A DNA stretch of 20,994 nucleotides from positions 1 to 20,994 of the forward strand of contig JAVRLY010000019.1 in assembly GCA_031960885.1 (NCBI GenBank), written 5' to 3'. This DNA comes from Desulfurella sp. Lineage in GTDB: Bacteria > Campylobacterota_A > Desulfurellia > Desulfurellales > Desulfurellaceae. Below are positions 16,555 through 20,994 of this stretch, one piece after another. A model generated the notes under the pieces. The model ran no database searches. It worked only from the letters and a program-made list of their open reading frames with translations, and was not told the DNA's origin. Position numbers and translations under genes: made by a program. Each line of letters begins with the position of its first letter. Position 1 is the first letter of the stretch.

Positions 16555-17721
16555 ATGTTTAATGTGAATACTAAAGATAATCTTAATTTAATTTTTATTG
16601 TTTTAATAATTATTTCAATAACTTTTACAATTAGGGCAAGCAATAACATGTTATTTACAATGGTACCTTTATTTTGTAAATACTATTTAGGCTTCCAAGA
16701 AAGCCAAATTGGTATATTAAGTGCTTTGTTTGGCGTTTTTCCTTTTTTGGTTAGCACTTTTTTAAATGCAAAGCTTAAATCCTCATCAAGAAAAAAATTG
16801 TTTATTTTTTCAGCATTTTTGTATTTTGTTATTTTTATAATGTTTTATTTTGCAAATAAAATAAATGTATGGTTTTTGGTATCTATTGCAGGATTTTCAC
16901 TAGGCGCTTTAATGCCTAATATAATAACAGCAGCATCATTGTGTGAAGACAAAACAAAAAGAGAGAGAATTATTGCTATCTACACTATAACTCTTAGTAT
17001 TTCATTAATTATTGGCCCCATAATAGAATCTTTTTTACTTAAGTTTGTAAATCTTAAAGAATCATTTTTAGTCTTTTCAGTTTTTCCATTTATAGCTTTT
17101 TTGTTGTCATTTTTTATACAATTTCCAAACGAAAAAGAATTTTTTGAAACAAAAGTGCCAGTAATAAAAAATCCATACTTTTTGTCATCCATCTTGAGTA
17201 TTTTAATTTATAATATTCCTTTTGCTACGCTAATAGTTTTTGGTGGTATTTATGCAAAAGATGTGTTTAAATTGGATATCTCTACAATAAATCTATACTT
17301 TAGTTTATTTTTTACTGCTTCATTTTTAGGAAGATTTTATTTGATAATCAAACCTCCAACAAAAATCTTTAACGATATGATAATATCTGGCGTAGCAACA
17401 ATTATTGGTATATTTTTAATGATTATAGCAAATTCTCCTATCGTATTTGCAATTTCATTATTTATACTTGGTTTTCCTCATGGCTTTACATTTGTGTTAT
17501 CTCTTATTAGCCTCTCTAGAGGATTTGATATTAACCAAAGAAACAAAGCAAATAGCTACTTCTTTTCTACTGTAAACATCATAGGCACACTAACACCATT
17601 AATATTTGGCTATATATTAAATTTTGTTAATATAACATTTCTCTTCTACTTGCTGCTAATATCGGCTTTCTTATTTTTAACTTTACTTATTTTTGAACTT
17701 AAATCCTCAAAATTAATCTAA
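16555..17721 (+). CDS. MFS transporter
   Basis: 388 aa, about 12 TM segments, RASNNM..T..PL, RERII..YT..LS.SL..GP, LGFPHG. Its 3' end overlaps the convergent ppdK end by 9 nt. Confidence 0.88.
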   Translation: MFNVNTKDNLNLIFIVLIIISITFTIRASNNMLFTMVPLFCKYYLGFQESQIGILSALFGVFPFLVSTFLNAKLKSSSRKKLFIFSAFLYFVIFIMFYFANKINVWFLVSIAGFSLGALMPNIITAASLCEDKTKRERIIAIYTITLSISLIIGPIIESFLLKFVNLKESFLVFSVFPFIAFLLSFFIQFPNEKEFFETKVPVIKNPYFLSSILSILIYNIPFATLIVFGGIYAKDVFKLDISTINLYFSLFFTASFLGRFYLIIKPPTKIFNDMIISGVATIIGIFLMIIANSPIVFAISLFILGFPHGFTFVLSLISLSRGFDINQRNKANSYFFSTVNIIGTLTPLIFGYILNFVNITFLFYLLLISAFLFLTLLIFELKSSKLI

Positions 17722-20361
17722 ATTTTCTTTAGTTTTATTATTGATAGCAGCATGCGCTGCAGCTAACCTTGCAACTGGCACTCTATATGGTGAACAACTT
17801 ACATAATCAAGACCTATAGAGTTAACAAATTCAATAGATTCTGGATCGCCTCCGTGTTCGCCACATATGCCAAGTCTCAAATTTTCATTTGCTGGTTTGC
17901 CTTTTTCTACAGCCATTTTCATAAAAGTTCCAACACCTTGCGTGTCAATAGTCTTAAAAGGATCCTCTTTTAATATGCCTTTGGCTAAATAATCAAATAA
18001 AAATTTACCTGCATCATCCCTACTAAAGCCAAATGTCATTTGTGTTAAGTCATTTGTTCCAAAAGAAAAAAAGTCTGCTTCTTTTGCTATTTTATCAGCA
18101 ACAGCGCATGCACGCGGCACTTCTATCATGGTGCCTATTAAGTAATGTAGAGTGGTATTTTTTTCTTTTATCAACTCATCCGCTGTTTGCTTAATGATAT
18201 TTTTTAAATATTTTAGTTCTTCATCTATACCTACAAGCGGTATCATAATTTCTGGAATACAATCAATACCTTCTTCTTTTAACTCAAGTGCAGCCAAAAT
18301 GATAGCCTTTGTTTGCATGATAGCAATCTCTGGGTATGTAATAGTAAGCCTGCAACCACGATGCCCAAGCATGGGGTTGAATTCATGTAGGTTTTTAATG
18401 GTCTCTTGAAGCTCTAGTGGGGTAATGTTGAGATTTTTTGCAACTTCGTTTATTGCATCTTTAGTCTGTGGCAAAAACTCATGCAAAGGCGGGTCAATAA
18501 GTCTTATCGTTACCTCAAGACCGTTCATTGTTCTAAAAAGTGCCTTGAAATCCTCTTTTTGTATAGGCAATAGCTTATCTAACGCCTGTTGACGTTCCTT
18601 AGTATTCTTTGAAACTATCATTTGCCTTACAATATTGATTCTATCTGGAGCAAAAAACATGTGTTCAGTTCTACAAAGGCCAATGCCTTTTGCACCAAAT
18701 TCTAATGCAGTTTTGGCGTCTTGAGGCGTATCTGCATTTGCCCTAACGTAAAGTCTGCTTGTCTTATCTGCCCATTTGAGTATTTGTGCTAAGTCTTCAT
18801 CTAGGCCAGACGGTATTACGGTTTTGAGTTCACCCAAAAAGACTTCACCAGTTGAGCCATCTATGCTTATTGTATCGAATTCTTTGACAATAACATCATT
18901 TACGCTAAATTGAAGGTTTTTGTAGTCTATATCAATTGCTTCACAACCCACTACAGCGCTTTTACCCATACCGCGCGCAACAACTGCTGCATGCGATGTC
19001 CTCCCACCTTGAGCAGTTAGAATGCCCACAGATGCTGCCATACCTGCTACATCTTCTGCACTGGTTTCATGCCTAACAAGTATTACAGGCTCTTTTGAAC
19101 CTATTTCTTCAGCTTTTTGTGCACTAAATACAACTTTACCACACGCAGCGCCTGGTGATGCCCCAAGACCCTTTGCTATTAACGTTGCTTGGTTTTTTGA
19201 TTTTTCATCAAAAAAAGGATGCAATAGTTGATCAATTTGGTCTGTACTTATCCTTAGCAAAGCTTCTTCTTCTGTAATCAACCCTTCATTTACCATATCT
19301 TTTGCAACCTTTACTGCAGCTTTTGCAGTTCTTTTAGCAGAGCGCGTCTGTAGCATATAAAGCTTTTTGCGCTCGACTGTGAATTCAACATCCTGCATGT
19401 CCTTGTAGTGTTTTTCAAGTATGTCAAATATATTTAACAATTCTTCATAAGTTTGTTGTGAAATTTGTTTCAAGTGTTCAAGCGGGTAAGGATTCCTAAT
19501 GCCAGCTACTACATCTTCTCCTTGTGCGTTAATCAAAAATTCACCGTATCGCTTTTTTTCGCCCGTTGACGGGTCCCTTGTAAAGGCTACACCCGTTCCG
19601 CTGTCACTGCCCATATTGCCAAAAACCATACTTACAATACTTACAGCTGTACCTAGTAACTCATTTTCTTTTATTTTGTTAATGCGCCTATAATCGATCG
19701 CGCGCTTATTCATCCATGAGTTAAATACTGCATCAATAGCAACCCATAGTTGCTCGCTTACATCTTGAGGAAATATTTTATTTTGACTGCTATATATTTT
19801 TTTATACTCTTCCACTAGCCACTTTAAACCATCAATACTTATTTCATGGTCAAATTTAACTGATTCTTTGTTTTTTATCTCTTTTATTTTGTCTTCAAAC
19901 AACTCTTTATCTATACCGCAGGCAACATCACCAAACATTTGTATAAACCTTCTATATGAATCAAATGCAAAACGCTCGTTATTTGTAGAATTAGCTAATC
20001 CAACAACCGTTTCATCATTTAAACCCAAATTTAGGATTGTATCCATCATACCAGGCATAGATATTTTGGCACCAGAGCGCACAGATACCAACAATGGGTT
20101 ATTTTTATACCCAAATTTTTTGCCCGTTGCTTCTTCTAAACGCTTCAAGTTGTGTTCTACCTCTTCTTTTAAAGAAGGCGGATATGTTTTGTTGTGTTTG
20201 TAATAATAGTAACAAACCTCTGCACTAATTGTAAATCCTGCTGGCACGGGAATGTTTGCTAAAACCATTTCGGCTAAGCCTGCGCCTTTGCCGCCAAGTA
20301 TATCCTTCATTGAACCGCTTCCTTCTGCAATACCATTGCCAAAAAAGTAGACGAACTTCAT
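17713..20361 (-). CDS. ppdK: Pyruvate, phosphate dikinase
   Basis: 882 aa; GGKGAGLAEM, SVRSGA, NAQGEDVVAG, phospho-His motif GGRTSHAAVVARGMG, GLCRTEHMFF, SFGTNDLTQ, GICGEHGGDP; SD GGGGG. Confidence 0.99.
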   Translation of the reverse strand: MKFVYFFGNGIAEGSGSMKDILGGKGAGLAEMVLANIPVPAGFTISAEVCYYYYKHNKTYPPSLKEEVEHNLKRLEEATGKKFGYKNNPLLVSVRSGAKISMPGMMDTILNLGLNDETVVGLANSTNNERFAFDSYRRFIQMFGDVACGIDKELFEDKIKEIKNKESVKFDHEISIDGLKWLVEEYKKIYSSQNKIFPQDVSEQLWVAIDAVFNSWMNKRAIDYRRINKIKENELLGTAVSIVSMVFGNMGSDSGTGVAFTRDPSTGEKKRYGEFLINAQGEDVVAGIRNPYPLEHLKQISQQTYEELLNIFDILEKHYKDMQDVEFTVERKKLYMLQTRSAKRTAKAAVKVAKDMVNEGLITEEEALLRISTDQIDQLLHPFFDEKSKNQATLIAKGLGASPGAACGKVVFSAQKAEEIGSKEPVILVRHETSAEDVAGMAASVGILTAQGGRTSHAAVVARGMGKSAVVGCEAIDIDYKNLQFSVNDVIVKEFDTISIDGSTGEVFLGELKTVIPSGLDEDLAQILKWADKTSRLYVRANADTPQDAKTALEFGAKGIGLCRTEHMFFAPDRINIVRQMIVSKNTKERQQALDKLLPIQKEDFKALFRTMNGLEVTIRLIDPPLHEFLPQTKDAINEVAKNLNITPLELQETIKNLHEFNPMLGHRGCRLTITYPEIAIMQTKAIILAALELKEEGIDCIPEIMIPLVGIDEELKYLKNIIKQTADELIKEKNTTLHYLIGTMIEVPRACAVADKIAKEADFFSFGTNDLTQMTFGFSRDDAGKFLFDYLAKGILKEDPFKTIDTQGVGTFMKMAVEKGKPANENLRLGICGEHGGDPESIEFVNSIGLDYVSCSPYRVPVARLAAAHAAINNKTKENLD

Positions 20362-20396
20362 GTATCCCCCTATTTTTTAAAAATCTATGATTACAA

Positions 20397-20425
20397 AAGA
20401 TAAATTATTATTTTATCAAAGTCAA
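20397..20425 (-). promoter_or_regulatory. Sigma70 promoter for ppdK
   Basis: Minus strand TTGACT (20425-20420), 17 bp, TATCTT (20402-20397). Confidence 0.65.
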
Positions 20426-20438
20426 GCATAAGAAGTGC

Positions 20439-20467
20439 TTGACAAAAAAAATTTGTTGTAATATTAT
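20439..20467 (+). promoter_or_regulatory. Sigma70 promoter for tRNA-Asn
   Basis: TTGACA (20439-20444), 17 bp, TATTAT (20462-20467), 14 bp before the tRNA. Confidence 0.85.
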
Positions 20468-20481
20468 ACAAAAAGAATTGC

Positions 20482-20557
20482 TCCTCTGTAGCTCAGTCGG
20501 TAGAGCAGCTGGCTGTTAACCAGCGGGTCGGGGGTTCGAGTCCCTCCGGAGGAGCCA
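20482..20557 (+). tRNA. tRNA-Asn(GTT)
   Basis: 76 nt. Acceptor TCCTCTG/CGGAGGA, discriminator G, encoded CCA. Anticodon arm GCTGG-CTGTTAA-CCAGC (GTT at 20515-20517). T-loop TTCGAGT. Confidence 0.97.
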
Positions 20558-20713
20558 AATTTGATGGCTGTTTCAAACTCATTCAAGGTATATTTTTGAT
20601 TTACACGTACGAAATAAAGGCAGGAAAGATAAAACTCTCTTTTTTCCATTCTGTTAACAATGAGACCCACCCACACTCACCCTAAAAAGGAAAAATTTTT
20701 TGAAAATGGTAAG

Positions 20714-20872
20714 TGTATACTGCCCCCACTTGTCAAGACTATTTTTTTTATTATCCATCTTCCCATCCCAAGCCTAACTCACGGTTTGTTGTGAGTCTTT
20801 TGTTTTTTCTTCATGCAACAGTCCCAACATTTGCATAGTATTGGTTATAAACTTCAAAAGGTGTTCTATATA
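20714..20872 (-). mobile_element. Right end of an IS3-family element (interrupted)
   Basis: Terminal IR-like TGTATACTGCCCCCACTTGTCAAGAC starting 5'-TG at 20714, with an outward -35 TTGACA. Minus-strand frame 20870-20811 encodes YRTPFEVYNQYYANVGTVA*, matching the L-G-Y-x-T-P-x-E tail of IS3 OrfB transposases. Confidence 0.72.
20777..20808 (+). terminator. Probable intrinsic terminator inside the IS3-like end
   Basis: Stem ACTCACGG / TTGTGAGT (6 Watson-Crick + 2 G:U pairs), loop TTTG, followed by CTTTTGTTTTTT. Confidence 0.55.
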
Positions 20873-20994
20873 CCCATCTTTTCCCCTTATTTTATACACT
20901 ACATCCCAATAGCTTCAAGATGGTTTTCTGCTCATTTGTCAAAGTAACAATCTTTGACCATTTAAAATGCTCTTTTTTTGATATCAGTTCAACT
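20873..20994 (-). mobile_element. Right end of an IS1634-like (IS4 superfamily) element; transposase C-terminus 20994-20892, truncated by window end
   Basis: Minus-strand frame VELISKKEHFKWSKIVTLTNEQKTILKLLGCSV* resembles the LT..Q..IL.LLG tail of IS1634-type transposases. The stop lies about 19 bp from a candidate terminus CCCATCTTTTCCCC, where the IS3-like frame breaks. Confidence 0.6.

Noticed and set aside
16362..16649. 95-aa minus-strand ORF
   Set aside because: Spans the reverse complement of tRNA-Ala (GDSNPRP...ALPSEL is the usual antisense-tRNA translation) and the ends of both MFS genes.
10670..20203. Antisense ORFs over the kinase/amrS, GGDEF, peptidase, efp, MFS and ppdK genes
   Set aside because: Opposite-strand shadows of conserved genes with no independent coding evidence.
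20464..20676. 70-aa minus-strand ORF
   Set aside because: Its C-terminal half is antisense tRNA-Asn (GTRTPDPLVNSQLLYRLSY), a known artefact pattern.
20755..20764. CCATCTTCCC resembling the candidate IS1634-like terminus at 20873
   Set aside because: Short, gapped match in the same orientation; not consistent with an IR pair or target duplication.

Overview
AT-rich bacterial chromosomal window. Gene style suggests a Desulfurella-like anaerobe, but that is an impression, not a lookup. 1-8.4 kb: leader-proximal end of a CRISPR array (four 29-bp repeats; array runs off the left edge) and a complete minus-strand type I-B (Tneap/Cst-like) cas operon, cas6-cas8(CXXC-CXXC)-cas7-cas5-cas3-cas4-cas1-cas2, with a likely hidden internally translated Cas11 inside cas8. 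8.7-12.1 kb: minus-strand operon of a degenerate sensor histidine kinase, AmmeMemoRadiSam radical SAM enzyme, Hpt-like PRTase and a second PRTase. 12.2-17.7 kb: plus-strand GGDEF protein, Xaa-Pro aminopeptidase, efp, MFS transporter, tRNA-Ala(CGC) and a second MFS transporter. Then ppdK (minus) and tRNA-Asn(GTT) with back-to-back sigma70 promoters. The right edge holds a probable island boundary with nested IS ends missed by the ORF track (IS1634-like end inside an IS3-family end). Most notable: a spacer that translates to an HNH/IscB-like motif (CETCHKAYHKG), the internal cas11 start, a predicted kinase-dead but phosphatase-competent histidine kinase, and a repeat-like element upstream of cas6.
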